Below, piece after piece: positions 54,104 to 64,000 of a stretch of 64,000 nt of DNA. A program made the translations under genes and the position numbers. Under the pieces are notes generated by a model that was given only the letters and a program-made list of their open reading frames with translations, searched no databases and had not been told where the DNA came from. The stretch is taken from IMG/VR virus record IMGVR_UViG_3300021403_000006, positions 1,139 to 65,138 of that record, one strand, 5' to 3'. Origin of the DNA: a virus (taxonomy: Duplodnaviria > Caudoviricetes). Position 1 is the stretch's first letter; every line of letters begins with the position of its first letter.

Positions 54104-57068
54104 CGGTTACGGTGCCGGGCTGTTTGACTCCCAAGGCCCCAAGGATTTTGCCTCCGCGGTCGGGGGTATCTCGACCGAACTGAACTCGGTCAAGGGGGCC
54201 TTCACCTCCTTCGGTACTGAGGCCAAGAGCGCCCTGTCGGGCGTCTCCAGCGCCGTCGATGGCCTGATCCAAAAGCTGAGCCAAGTCACTAGCCAGCTAC
54301 AGCAGGGCCTCACCGCGGCTGGCGGAGGCGGCGGTGGTATGGGTCAACCCACGTCTCCCAAGACCAGCGGAGGCGGCGGGAGCGGACAGACCGGCTCCAA
54401 CGTCAACGCCCAGGGCTGGTCACCTGACGCTGCGCCCAAACCAAACGCCGGAACCGGTGCCGGTGCGCCCCTGACCGGGATGGAGCAGAACACGGCTGGT
54501 GACGGGCCGACTCAGTTCCCCAAGCAGGAACCAGGCAGCGCCCAGCCCGGCTCTACTCCTTCCCAGACCGGTGGCTTCCTGGGGATGGGTCAGGGCAGTG
54601 CGTCCACCATGGGGCAACGGGCTATGCAGTCCATGATCCCTGCCGCCATCGGCGCAGCCACTAATGCGGTTGGGGGCCTGACGAGTACGGCGGTGCAAGG
54701 GGCCAGCATCGGTCAGATGTACGCCCCGGCCTTCGGCGTCAGTTCCCGCAGCCTCTATGTAATGCCGAAGGGCATCCTGGCCCAGAACCCCCAGGACTAC
54801 GCTCAGTCCAACTACTACGCCATGCAGAACCTGGGCATGGCCCCAGGCACCCAGAACTGGTCCTCCATCATGGGACCCGGCGGTGGTCTCAACCAGTTGA
54901 TGACGCTGGATCCCGGTCTAACCCGCCAGCAAGCCGCCCAGAGCTTCGGCAACATGATGGCCCCGCAGACCTTGAACCAGCAGATGGCGTTCGGTCTCAA
55001 CTTCAGCCCCGGCGGGAAGATGGAGACGCCACAGCAGCAGTACCAGCAAATGTTTCAGCGGCTCACCATCAACGTGCCTGGTGGCAAACCCACCGGGGCA
55101 CAAGTCGAAGCCTGGCTACGTCCTGGTGGTCCCTGGTCATCGAACCTGGCCTCGGCGGGCTGGCAGCCAGGTAGTGCGGAGTACCAGGGCTTCGTGAACT
55201 ACGCCCTCACCCAGGTGGGAATGCAGGGCCAAGGCAAGTCACTGGTCGGGTCGAATATCAACCTCGGTACGACGTCCGGTGCCCAGCAAACCCCACTGGG
55301 TAACACCCCGGCCTACGCTCAGCTTCAAGCCCAGAGCGCACAGTCCCAGGTCGAGACCCAAGCCGAACCGGCTCTGGCCCAAGCCGCTAAAGACCTCAAC
55401 GAGGCCGCGACCCAACTCCTCCACGCTGTCAACCCGTTGGCCAGTCTCTTCGGTGGCGGCGGGCCAGGAGGAATGGTCGGATCCATCGTCGGCATGGGCG
55501 GTATGTATATGGGCGGCAAGCTCCTGGGCAAAGTGGGCGGCAAGGTTCTCGGCTCAGTTGGCGGCAAGGTTCTCGGATCTTTTGGCGGCAAGCTCGGCAA
55601 GCTCGGTGATCTCCTGGGTGGCGGCACTGCCGCCGAGGCTGAAGGAACGGTCGCCAAGACGGCAGGGAAGGGGATGTTCGGCAACCTCCTCAAGGGAGGT
55701 CTTGGCAATCTGTTTAAAGGCGGGGCGGGTGCTGCGGGAGCAGAGGCAGGAGAAGTTGGTGGTATAGAAGCAGCCGGTGCAGGCCTCGACGCCACAGGTG
55801 TAGGTCTGCCGGTTGGATTGGCGTTGGGGGCTGTCGGTTTAGGTCTCGGCTTCCACAAGCAGATCGGCAGCTTCATTGGTGGACTCTTTGGTCACCACAA
55901 GAAAAAGTCCACCGCCGCACCAGATGGTACTGAAACCGGTGCGAGCGATGACGTGTCCTCCCTCCTGGCTTCTAAGCCTGCCCCCAACAGTCTCCTGGCC
56001 TGTCTGACTTCACAGGTCAAGGCCAACGACAACACCGTCATCAGCGTCCTGATGAACAAGTCATCGGCTATGCCCAGAATCGGTGGCGGAGGGGCGATGG
56101 GTGGCGGTCGTATACAAACCATGAGCGCCTTTAGCCCCCTTGGCACAGGCGGCGGAGGCGGAGGCGGCGGAGGCGGAGGGGGAGGCGGAGGCGGAGGCGG
56201 CGCATCTGGGAGTGCCACGGGGTCTGCTCCTTCGCAGCCTTACACCTGGACCTACAAGAGCGGCGGCATCGGCCCCCAAGACATGTCTGGGATGTTCATG
56301 ACGACATCCTCCAGTGGCGGTGGCGGCGGTGGTGGCGGTGGTGGTGGCGGTGGTAATGGCGGCAGTTCTGGCCCAACAACCCTCAGTGGCAGCGGCAACG
56401 TCCAACAGGCGTACAACTATTTCCTTAGTAAGGGCCTCAAGGACTACATGGCGGCTGGCATCGTAGGCAACTTGGCCCAAGAGTCCGGGGTGAACCCGGC
56501 GTCCACTTCGCCAGGTGCAATGGGCATTGCTCAGTGGACACCACCGACTGCGCTGCAAGCCTGGGCCAAACAGCAAAACCGTAGTGCCACCGACATGTCA
56601 ACTCAGTTGGACTTTCTGTGGATGCAGATGAACTCGACCGAGAAGGGGGCGCTCGTGGCCTTGCAGGCCTCGACCGACGCCGCCTCTGCCGCCCAGGCAT
56701 TTGAGCAGCAGTACGAACGGGCCGGAATACCGATGATGCAGAATCGGGTCAAGTACGCCCAGACCGTTCTGTCAACCAAGGGAGCCAGCTACGCCCGTGG
56801 CTCCCAGTTGATCGACCGCACCCAGCTTGCCCTCCTGCATGCCGGTGAAGCGGTGGTGCCTGCCGCCGACAACTACTCCGCCTCCCCTTACAACAAGAAC
56901 GGAGCAGGCAACGGCGGTGGAAACACCGTTCACCTCAACTTCAAAGCGGGAGCCGTTGTGCTGCAAGTGCCGCCCTCTTCCTCCCAGCAGGACATGGAGA
57001 ACCTTGCCAACCAGTTCGTCGCGGCCATCTCCAAGCCCGCTGTCCTCGCCGGAGTCAGGTCCACGTAA
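54096..57068 (+). CDS. Tape measure protein with phage tail lysozyme domain
   Basis: Ala/Gly/Gln-rich; AAGIVGNL.QES..NP...GIAQW...QLDF...YER; ALLH.GE.VVP. Confidence 0.9.
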   Translation: MADGYGAGLFDSQGPKDFASAVGGISTELNSVKGAFTSFGTEAKSALSGVSSAVDGLIQKLSQVTSQLQQGLTAAGGGGGGMGQPTSPKTSGGGGSGQTGSNVNAQGWSPDAAPKPNAGTGAGAPLTGMEQNTAGDGPTQFPKQEPGSAQPGSTPSQTGGFLGMGQGSASTMGQRAMQSMIPAAIGAATNAVGGLTSTAVQGASIGQMYAPAFGVSSRSLYVMPKGILAQNPQDYAQSNYYAMQNLGMAPGTQNWSSIMGPGGGLNQLMTLDPGLTRQQAAQSFGNMMAPQTLNQQMAFGLNFSPGGKMETPQQQYQQMFQRLTINVPGGKPTGAQVEAWLRPGGPWSSNLASAGWQPGSAEYQGFVNYALTQVGMQGQGKSLVGSNINLGTTSGAQQTPLGNTPAYAQLQAQSAQSQVETQAEPALAQAAKDLNEAATQLLHAVNPLASLFGGGGPGGMVGSIVGMGGMYMGGKLLGKVGGKVLGSVGGKVLGSFGGKLGKLGDLLGGGTAAEAEGTVAKTAGKGMFGNLLKGGLGNLFKGGAGAAGAEAGEVGGIEAAGAGLDATGVGLPVGLALGAVGLGLGFHKQIGSFIGGLFGHHKKKSTAAPDGTETGASDDVSSLLASKPAPNSLLACLTSQVKANDNTVISVLMNKSSAMPRIGGGGAMGGGRIQTMSAFSPLGTGGGGGGGGGGGGGGGGGGASGSATGSAPSQPYTWTYKSGGIGPQDMSGMFMTTSSSGGGGGGGGGGGGGNGGSSGPTTLSGSGNVQQAYNYFLSKGLKDYMAAGIVGNLAQESGVNPASTSPGAMGIAQWTPPTALQAWAKQQNRSATDMSTQLDFLWMQMNSTEKGALVALQASTDAASAAQAFEQQYERAGIPMMQNRVKYAQTVLSTKGASYARGSQLIDRTQLALLHAGEAVVPAADNYSASPYNKNGAGNGGGNTVHLNFKAGAVVLQVPPSSSQQDMENLANQFVAAISKPAVLAGVRST

Positions 57069-58387
57069 TGCCCACCCAGAACCCATCCGACGTTCAGAAG
57101 CCCGGTGATCAGGCCCTGGCGATAGCGAAGCAGCAGATCGGCAAGCCGTATGTCTACGGGGCGACGGGACCCAATAGCTTCGACTGCTCCGGGCTGATGT
57201 ACTACGCCTACCTGCAAGGGGCTGGCATCAACGTGGGCCGTGACACCACCTCACAATGGAACAACCAAACCTCTCTGTACACCGTCTTCGACGCCTTCAA
57301 CGCCCAGGGAAAGACACTCTCCCAAGACCAACTGGAAGACGGCGACCTCCTGCTCTACTTCCAGCCGGGCAACAGTGGACCCAACGCCCACGTCAAGATG
57401 TACGCCGGAGGCGGGCAGACCATCGAGGCTCCGTACACCGGAGCAGTCGTCACCTACAACCCGGTGGACCTGGTGGGCGACACCGCGGAGCCTTTCCATG
57501 GTGTGAAGCGGACGACTGGAAGTAGTGGAGGCGGAAGCACAACCGGCGGCGGAGGAGCCAGCACTGGCGGTAACTCTGGGCAAGGGAGCGGGAGCGGCAA
57601 TAACCCCACCGGGCTGACCGCCCAGCAAATGCAGGACATGGGCAAACAAATCGCCGCCCTGAAAGACCCTCGCAGCAATCTACCCTTCTCGGCCAAGTTC
57701 CAAGGCCAGGCAACCCCAGGTTCTGCTGGCAGCTTCACCATGAAGCTGGGCGGATCGAACTACATGCCAGCCACCCAACTCGTGCGGGGCGGCATGATGG
57801 AACTGGTAGCGAAGCAGTTCAAGTGCTACTTCATGATGAACCCGCAGCAGATCTCGGTCGAGGCGGGCATCAACACCTCGCAACTCTCCCCCTTCCAGCA
57901 GGACTCCTCGGTCTGGCAGTCCGGCGGATACTTTGTCACCAACCAGACCGTCAGCTTCACCGTGTACTTCAACCGGATGTACGAGGTGTGGGGAGGCGAC
58001 GTTCAGGGACCCTCCCAGGAAGGCTGTCGGTGGGACACCCGTGCCCTAGAACGCCTCATGGGCATCTTCGACGCGGTGGCAGCCCACGGCGGGAATACCG
58101 GCCTCGGCACCAACGGATGGGGTGAATGGCCTGCCAGCATGATGCCGTTACAGATCGTTTTCGGAGGCCAGAACTCCCTCCAGTTCCAAGGCGTGTTGAG
58201 TTCCTTCGATTACGTCTTCACCATCTTTGACGCCAACATGATCCCGGTTGAGGCCTACGCCGACATCACTGTCATGCGGGTCTACAACCCCACCCAATCC
58301 GGAGCCGACCTGACCAACGCCCTGGTCACGATGACCGGGCAAAAGGGTCCCACGAACCTACCGGGCAAGCGGGCCTTTACGAGATGA
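57068..58387 (+). CDS. NlpC/P60 hydrolase fused to a tube-initiator domain
   Basis: GKPYVYGATGP.SFDCSGL...HV.MY.G.G..IEAP; FM.NP..I; F...M.P. Confidence 0.88.
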   Translation: MPTQNPSDVQKPGDQALAIAKQQIGKPYVYGATGPNSFDCSGLMYYAYLQGAGINVGRDTTSQWNNQTSLYTVFDAFNAQGKTLSQDQLEDGDLLLYFQPGNSGPNAHVKMYAGGGQTIEAPYTGAVVTYNPVDLVGDTAEPFHGVKRTTGSSGGGSTTGGGGASTGGNSGQGSGSGNNPTGLTAQQMQDMGKQIAALKDPRSNLPFSAKFQGQATPGSAGSFTMKLGGSNYMPATQLVRGGMMELVAKQFKCYFMMNPQQISVEAGINTSQLSPFQQDSSVWQSGGYFVTNQTVSFTVYFNRMYEVWGGDVQGPSQEGCRWDTRALERLMGIFDAVAAHGGNTGLGTNGWGEWPASMMPLQIVFGGQNSLQFQGVLSSFDYVFTIFDANMIPVEAYADITVMRVYNPTQSGADLTNALVTMTGQKGPTNLPGKRAFTR

Positions 58388-58659
58388 TCGTCAGCGGCTC
58401 CCGTTACGCAGGCCAGCCTGTGGTCAGCGTCCCCACCGACGCGGCGGGCGACACTGATATCGCTGTCTTCGGCCCGACCCCCACCCTGCCCGCCACCTTC
58501 GCCTACTACACCGTGGTTCAGGGAGACCGTCTCGACATCATCGCCAACAACCTGTACGGCGTCCCGGACTACTGGTGGCGGATCGCGAACGCCAACCCTG
58601 AGATCTTCTACCCCGATGACCTGGTCGTCGGCTCGATCATTCGGATCCCATCGTCATGA
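58384..58659 (+). CDS. LysM/P2 gpX-like baseplate protein
   Basis: YTVVQGDRLD.IA...YG....WW.IA.AN. Confidence 0.9.
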   Translation: MIVSGSRYAGQPVVSVPTDAAGDTDIAVFGPTPTLPATFAYYTVVQGDRLDIIANNLYGVPDYWWRIANANPEIFYPDDLVVGSIIRIPSS

Positions 58660-59843
58660 TCAGAGCCAACGCCGTCCCCATCTTCGACCCTGGTGGTCGT
58701 GCTGCTCAGAAGACCGTCAACACCGTCAAGGTCTTGATGACTGAGAACATGCACGACACCGCCATCATCACCCTACGCGGCGAGTCAACCGATGCCCCGG
58801 AGCTACAACCAGGCACCCCCGTGCAGATGCAATACGGCTGGTCCACCATCGACATGGACTACTTCTACGGCTACGTCGACCACATCGAAACCCACTACGA
58901 CCGGGCAGTCGGTGACAGTTCCACCCTAGAAGACGTGGTTTGCCTGGGAGCCAGCTACTCCCTCAAAGACCCATTCATCGGTGGCTGGACCAACGTGCAG
59001 GCCTCCACCCTGGTGACGCAGATCTCCAAGCAATACTTCCTGTCATCGGTGGTCGAAGACGATGACACGGTCTGGCCACAGTTGGCCGCGCCTGGAGACT
59101 CTGCCTGGTGCTTCCTGACCCAACTGGCCAGCAAGACCGGCTACAGCCTGGCCTGTAACAAGACCAGGGTCCGCTTCGTCTCTGTCGACCTCGCCATGAA
59201 GCGGTACACGCCCACCATGCCGGTCTTCTATTCACGCAACACTGCCGGTACCACGGCCCAGCAATCGATCACCAAGTTCCAGGCCCTCACAGGTGAAGCG
59301 CTCGCCCTTGCTGGTCACACCAAGGCAACACGACAAGTTAGCGGTCTCGACCTCCGCACCGGCCAGATCATCAGCGCTACCAACGACGCCTCCGATCCCA
59401 CACCGTTGGGCCAAAACTCCAACTACCCCTTCTTCAGTCAACAGGTCTCCACCAGCGTGGTCTCTAGCCAGGGACACGCCCACGCGGTACTGGCCGGGAT
59501 GGCTCAGAACAACCGCTTTGCCTTCCAGGCCACCGCAACCCTGGGCGGCCTCACCGCGGTCAAACAAGGCATGCCGATCGTCATCTCCGGCATCGACAGC
59601 AACAACGACGGCACCTGGTGGGTCCAAGAAGTCACCCACAAGATCAAGTCACAGAGCTATTCCCTGGACGTCTCCCTCGGCCGCGACGCCACCGGGGACA
59701 ATGGCACCTACCCGGTCCAGGGCACCTCCGTGGTCTTCACGCCCATAAATCCTGTCGGTTACGTCGTCGCCAACATCCCACCCACCAAGCTCGTCAACAA
59801 CCGCTGGCGAGCCGCCCACGCCTCCAATGTCGGCATCCGTTAG
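58656..59843 (+). CDS. Baseplate hub protein (P2 gpD-like)
   Basis: G.PV...YG; S.W.FL..LA..TGY; G.W.V..VTH. Confidence 0.85.
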   Translation: MIRANAVPIFDPGGRAAQKTVNTVKVLMTENMHDTAIITLRGESTDAPELQPGTPVQMQYGWSTIDMDYFYGYVDHIETHYDRAVGDSSTLEDVVCLGASYSLKDPFIGGWTNVQASTLVTQISKQYFLSSVVEDDDTVWPQLAAPGDSAWCFLTQLASKTGYSLACNKTRVRFVSVDLAMKRYTPTMPVFYSRNTAGTTAQQSITKFQALTGEALALAGHTKATRQVSGLDLRTGQIISATNDASDPTPLGQNSNYPFFSQQVSTSVVSSQGHAHAVLAGMAQNNRFAFQATATLGGLTAVKQGMPIVISGIDSNNDGTWWVQEVTHKIKSQSYSLDVSLGRDATGDNGTYPVQGTSVVFTPINPVGYVVANIPPTKLVNNRWRAAHASNVGIR

Positions 59844-60966
59844 CCCCGCCGCGGCCCCGACCCCGCCGACGCCCCCGCACTACGGGGGTGTGTACGCGGC
59901 CAAGGTTTATTCCATCACGGATCCCAATCATCTCAGGCGGATCCAGATGTATATCCCTCAGGTCTTCGGTGACAGCCCGCTCAAGATCTGGGCACCGCCG
60001 ATCGCCCAAAGCACCAATACCCCAGTAGTCGGCAGCGTCGTCTGGTGCATCTTCCAGGGTGGGGACCCGGCCTACCCCACCTACATGCCTCAACAGGTAG
60101 GGGGAGGGTCCGCAGGCCCGACCGGACCCTCTGGCCCAACCGGACCCTCCGGTCCACAAGGCATCACCGGAGCAGGAGGAACCACAGGCGCGACCGGAGC
60201 CACAGGAGCAACGGGTCCCACCGGCCCGTCAGGCGGGCCTCCTGGCCCCACAGGGCCTACCGGACCCACCGGGCCGATCTCGACAGTTCCTGGTCCCACC
60301 GGGGCGACTGGAACTGTTGGGTCGACCGGAGCCACTGGGCCAACGGGTGCCACCGGTCCTCTCGGAGGACCCACTGGCCCAACCGGCCCACCAGGTCCAC
60401 CCGGCCTCACCTACATCCAGACCATCACCGCCCCCACCGCGGCAGGATCGCCCTACACGGTCACCCACAATCTGAACACCCACTACCCCCTGATAGAGCT
60501 ATGGGACGCCGTCAATGGCCACATGCTGGTGACCAACGCGTCCGTGGTGGACGCCAACAACATCACCCTCAGCTTCCTCCAGAACCCTCCCCACGACGTC
60601 ACCGTGGTGGTCACAGGCGGCGCTACGGGCATGACCGGTCCCGCCGGGCCGACCGGCCCTACCGGTGCCACCGGCCCGTCTGGTGGCCCTCCAGGTCCAA
60701 CCGGAGCCACTGGAGCCACTGGATCAATCGGTCCCACTGGTCCGCAAGGCCCAGCCGGTGACGCAGGCACGACATTCTTCGTATGGAACCAGGCCTCCGC
60801 CGCCACCACCTGGATGATCAGCCACACCCTGGGCTTCAACCCGAACGTATCGGTAGTCGACTCCACCGGCATGCAGATCTTCCCCGGCGATCTCAAGTAC
60901 CTCGACGTTGCCACCATCCAACTTGACTTCTCGGCTGCCGTAGGTGGCCTGGCGTACCTGAGCTAG
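59827..60966 (+). CDS. Baseplate spike OB domain fused to collagen repeats
   Basis: YGGVY.A.V....DP....RI...IPQV...WA...P.VG..VW..F.GGDP.YP, then Gly-X-Y tracts. Confidence 0.85.
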   Translation: MSASVSPAAAPTPPTPPHYGGVYAAKVYSITDPNHLRRIQMYIPQVFGDSPLKIWAPPIAQSTNTPVVGSVVWCIFQGGDPAYPTYMPQQVGGGSAGPTGPSGPTGPSGPQGITGAGGTTGATGATGATGPTGPSGGPPGPTGPTGPTGPISTVPGPTGATGTVGSTGATGPTGATGPLGGPTGPTGPPGPPGLTYIQTITAPTAAGSPYTVTHNLNTHYPLIELWDAVNGHMLVTNASVVDANNITLSFLQNPPHDVTVVVTGGATGMTGPAGPTGPTGATGPSGGPPGPTGATGATGSIGPTGPQGPAGDAGTTFFVWNQASAATTWMISHTLGFNPNVSVVDSTGMQIFPGDLKYLDVATIQLDFSAAVGGLAYLS

Positions 60967-60975
60967 GAGCGACTG

Positions 60976-62148
60976 ATGCCTTCTTTCTACGGTGCCGTTG
61001 ACCTCACCAAGAACGAGCTTCGTAACGCCGTCGTCCAAAACCTGGGGTCGGCACCGGCCTCACCAGTCCAGGGCCAGATCTACTTCGACAGCACCGCCCA
61101 CGTCCTCTATTGGTACAACGGCACCGTCTGGGTCAGCGCGGCAGGAGCATTGCCCTCCTCGACGGTCACCACCGCGGCCATCGGTGACGCACCGGTACCT
61201 GGCGCAGCCACTGTTTACAGCGCAGGTGACCATAAGCACGGCATGCCTGCCTTCGGTACGGTCCCAGGCACTAACTCACCTGGGACTGGCGCGAATGGCG
61301 GGTCGGCAGCAACTGTCAGCCATTCTGACCACATCCATGGCTGGACCTCCGCCGTTGGTTCTTTGGACATGGGCGGCAACTTCATCATCAATGTGTCGGA
61401 TCCCGCCTCGCCACAACATGCCGCCACCAAGAACTACGTCGACAGTTCCATCGCTGGCCTGACCTGGAAGGCCCCGTGCCGGGCTGCCACCACTGCCAAC
61501 ATCACCCTGTCAGCCCCCCAGACCATTGACGGAGTGGCCGTGGTGGCTGGTGACCGGGTGCTGGTCAAGAACCAGACGACCCAGAGCGGCAACGGCATCT
61601 ACGTGGTAGCCGCAGCAGCCTGGACCAGAGCCACCGACGCGTCCACCTCAGCACAGCTTGTCGACGCAGCCGTCTACGTGTCCTCCGGCACCACCCAAGC
61701 CGACACCGCCTGGACCCAGGTCACCGACCCACCCATCACCATCGGCACCACCAACCTGGTCTGGGTGCAGTTCTCCGGAGCGGGCACCTACAGCGCCGGT
61801 AACGGCCTCACCCTGACCGGCAATGTCTTCGCAGTCGGAGCAGGCACCGGCATCCTCTCTACCCCCGGCCAGGTGGCTGTCGACACCACCGTCATCGCCA
61901 CCCAGGCCTACGTCACCACCGCCATCACCGGCATGGCCAAGAAGTACGCCGCAACCCTGGCTGGCACCGCCTCACCGGAAATCATCACCCACAACCTCAA
62001 CACCAGAGACATACAGGTGTCCGTCTACAACGGCGCTTCTCCGTACGGCGCGGTCCAGGTGGACTGGCAAGCCACCACGGTCAACACCGTGACCATCAAC
62101 TACAACCCCGCCCTCGGAGCGGGCTACCGAGTGGTCGTGATGGGCTAA
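60976..62148 (+). CDS. Tail fibre protein
   Basis: AATKNYVD...GL.WK...AATTANITLS..QTIDG...GDRVLVKNQT...NGIY. Confidence 0.85.
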   Translation: MPSFYGAVDLTKNELRNAVVQNLGSAPASPVQGQIYFDSTAHVLYWYNGTVWVSAAGALPSSTVTTAAIGDAPVPGAATVYSAGDHKHGMPAFGTVPGTNSPGTGANGGSAATVSHSDHIHGWTSAVGSLDMGGNFIINVSDPASPQHAATKNYVDSSIAGLTWKAPCRAATTANITLSAPQTIDGVAVVAGDRVLVKNQTTQSGNGIYVVAAAAWTRATDASTSAQLVDAAVYVSSGTTQADTAWTQVTDPPITIGTTNLVWVQFSGAGTYSAGNGLTLTGNVFAVGAGTGILSTPGQVAVDTTVIATQAYVTTAITGMAKKYAATLAGTASPEIITHNLNTRDIQVSVYNGASPYGAVQVDWQATTVNTVTINYNPALGAGYRVVVMG

Positions 62149-63236
62149 TGCCTCGCACCTACGGCACCACCAATGTGATGCCCTACGCCACCGCGCCCCC
62201 GGTGGGGGCCGTGGGCGACGAGTACTACAACACCACCACCAAACAACTCTTTCTCTCGGACGGCACCGCCTGGAACCCAATAGCGGGCAGTGGTGGCGGC
62301 GGGGGCGCACCCTACGCACCGGTACAGACCACCCCACCTCCAGCCAGTAGCCCCACCATCTCGCCTCCGGTGGGCCTGCTCTGGGTGGACACCGGTACTA
62401 CAAGCTCTGGCACGAACCTCATCTATTACCAGACGCTGACGGCTCCGTTGGCAGCCGCGCCCGCCACCGTCACACACAACCTGGGCACCATCTATATCCA
62501 GGCGCAAATGTGGGACGTCGTCACCGGCCTGCTGGTCGGTGCCCAGATCAAGATCATCGACGCCAACAACATCCAGATCTCGGTCACCCAGAACATGCCC
62601 AACAACGTAAACGTGGTGGTCATGGGCCAGCCGGGTCCTGGCCTTCCGGTGAACCCACCGGACTACGCCACCAAGCTCTACGTTGACCAACGCACCCCGA
62701 ACCTGCCGCCCCCGGTCACCTCAGGGTCAACAATCCAGACGTACACAGACGTGCTGGGTGACGTGTGGGTTGCGCTCAACGGTGTGAACGCTGGAGCCTG
62801 GAGGCGGGCCAGGGATGTACTGCACGCACGGTATTACAAGGTTACTGCCTTCACCTCTTTGGCTAATGCTTGGCTAAGTCTGAGCATGGACACTCTGCAC
62901 TTCGATGATTACGGAATGTACAGCGCTAGTACCGGGTTGTTCACCCCTCTCGTGACGGGTGTGTACCGGCTTTCCTTCCAATGCGGTGCTACCTGTACTG
63001 CGACGGCGCAGTGGGTACAGCCAGGGATCTGGACGGGCAATGTAGTCAACGTGGTGGCAGACACGGTTGGTCACGCCTCAGCGGCGAAGGGTTGTTCTAT
63101 GAACGTCACGACGATCAGGAGGATCACCACTCTGACCGACACCTATATCGCCAGGTTCGCTTCCTCGGTAGCACTCGCTGGTCTTACTGGTGCCGACTCC
63201 ACCTTCTTTGAGATGGATTACCTGGGGACGGGCTGA
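62148..63236 (+). CDS. Tail fibre/receptor-binding protein, C1q-like C-terminus
   Basis: THNLGT module; adaptor motif; D.YGM....G.FT...GVY. Confidence 0.75.
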   Translation: MPRTYGTTNVMPYATAPPVGAVGDEYYNTTTKQLFLSDGTAWNPIAGSGGGGGAPYAPVQTTPPPASSPTISPPVGLLWVDTGTTSSGTNLIYYQTLTAPLAAAPATVTHNLGTIYIQAQMWDVVTGLLVGAQIKIIDANNIQISVTQNMPNNVNVVVMGQPGPGLPVNPPDYATKLYVDQRTPNLPPPVTSGSTIQTYTDVLGDVWVALNGVNAGAWRRARDVLHARYYKVTAFTSLANAWLSLSMDTLHFDDYGMYSASTGLFTPLVTGVYRLSFQCGATCTATAQWVQPGIWTGNVVNVVADTVGHASAAKGCSMNVTTIRRITTLTDTYIARFASSVALAGLTGADSTFFEMDYLGTG

Positions 63237-63802
63237 TGACCGCGATACCTACCTACGTTTCGCTCATTCCGCTCCCGGCTCCGGTCACGTCTGGCACCAC
63301 CATCCAGACCTACACCGATCCCAACGGTGACGTGTGGGTGGCAAAGAACGGGGTCAACGGTGGCAACTGGCTCAGAGCCAGGGATGTCCTCTACTGTCGA
63401 ATGACCCGTGCCGCTGCTATGAACCTCACGACCTCTCAGGTCACTATGCCATACGACACCACTTACCGAGATGCTTACGGTATGTGGACACCGGCACAGA
63501 ATGGTGTTTTGGCACCGGTGGCTGGTTTGTATCGTGCTGATGTCGTGCTGTGTGGCGCTTTCACGGCGACCGGCCAAACAATGAACATACAGATCAACTT
63601 GATCGGTGGTGGCGGTTATACACGGATCAACCGACAGTCTGCCTTTGCAGGTAACACCTACGTGGAGTCTCACGACGAGATATTCATGCCTACGCCTGGT
63701 ACTTACTTGGGAGTTGGTGTGTATGCGTCAGCCACTTTGGCGCTGGCTGGATTGAATAACTTCGATAACTACTTCACTATCCAATATATGGGAACAGGCT
63801 GA
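63236..63802 (+). CDS. Receptor-binding protein paralogue (adaptor plus C1q-like)
   Basis: Shares PVTSG.TIQTYTD..GDVWVA.NGVN.G.W.RARDVL with the previous gene; alternative ATG 63233-63236 junction TGATG. Confidence 0.75.
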   Translation: MTAIPTYVSLIPLPAPVTSGTTIQTYTDPNGDVWVAKNGVNGGNWLRARDVLYCRMTRAAAMNLTTSQVTMPYDTTYRDAYGMWTPAQNGVLAPVAGLYRADVVLCGAFTATGQTMNIQINLIGGGGYTRINRQSAFAGNTYVESHDEIFMPTPGTYLGVGVYASATLALAGLNNFDNYFTIQYMGTG

Positions 63803-64000
63803 TGCCAGCGCTGAGATATTGGGATGGGGCCACGTATCGACTCTTGGGTGCCGGTGGTCCTACTGGCCCAACCGGACCGGCTGCTCCTGTTGCCACGGCA
63901 GCGCATCAGCGCTGGTACCGCAACGCTGTCCTCTCGATGGCCAGTGGTGCCTGGACGGTAGTGGGGTTTGACACCCAACTGGACAACCAAGACCCTGCTG
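63802..64000 (+). CDS. Partial fibre-type gene, truncated by the window edge
   Basis: TGATG start; MPALRYWDG...GPTGPTGP..., open to the end. Confidence 0.6.
   Translation, partial: MPALRYWDGATYRLLGAGGPTGPTGPAAPVATAAHQRWYRNAVLSMASGAWTVVGFDTQLDNQDPA

Larger units (their letters stand above)
1..64000. mobile_element. Myovirus-type phage genome segment, probable Actinomycetota host
   Basis: Terminase, portal, capsid, sheath, tube, baseplate, endolysin and a full replication set; two WhiB genes; no host housekeeping operons or integrase seen. Confidence 0.95.

Noticed and set aside
56145-56365. GGC/GGA/GGT trinucleotide runs
   Set aside because: Poly-Gly linkers in the tape measure protein
62148-64000. 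Diversity-generating retroelement acting on fibre genes
   Set aside because: No reverse transcriptase and no adenine-specific TR/VR pair seen in the window

Overview
This window is a 64-kb segment of a high-GC, contractile-tailed (myovirus-type) phage genome. Two WhiB-family genes and an Amidase_2/PGBD endolysin point to an Actinomycetota host (inference). All family calls come from recognising motifs by eye, not from database searches. Layout: (+) small accessory genes at 0.1-4.3 kb; (-) a long leftward block at 4.2-34.0 kb with baseplate/minor tail genes, small disordered proteins, recombination genes (RuvC-like, PD-(D/E)XK exonuclease, RecA) and replication genes (Pol A, SSB, SNF2 helicase, primase, DnaB, DnaC, initiator); (+) terminase, portal, scaffold and capsid at 34.5-43.9 kb; (-) neck and lysis block at 43.9-49.7 kb; (+) sheath, tube, chaperone, tape measure, baseplate and fibres at 49.8-64 kb. 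I found no tRNA, CRISPR array, integrase or transposase. The main signals are: (1) a short peptide, (R/K/P)RRLVR, at the termini of at least seven mostly unrelated DNA-transaction proteins, encoded by different codons; (2) a stand-alone antisense mini-gene that copies an internal segment of the tape measure protein; (3) a perfect 24-bp palindrome upstream of that mini-gene, with a near-identical twin inside an LmbU-like regulator gene; (4) a probable +1 frameshift (UUU-CGC-UAA) in the tail chaperone; (5) recurrent leaderless promoters.
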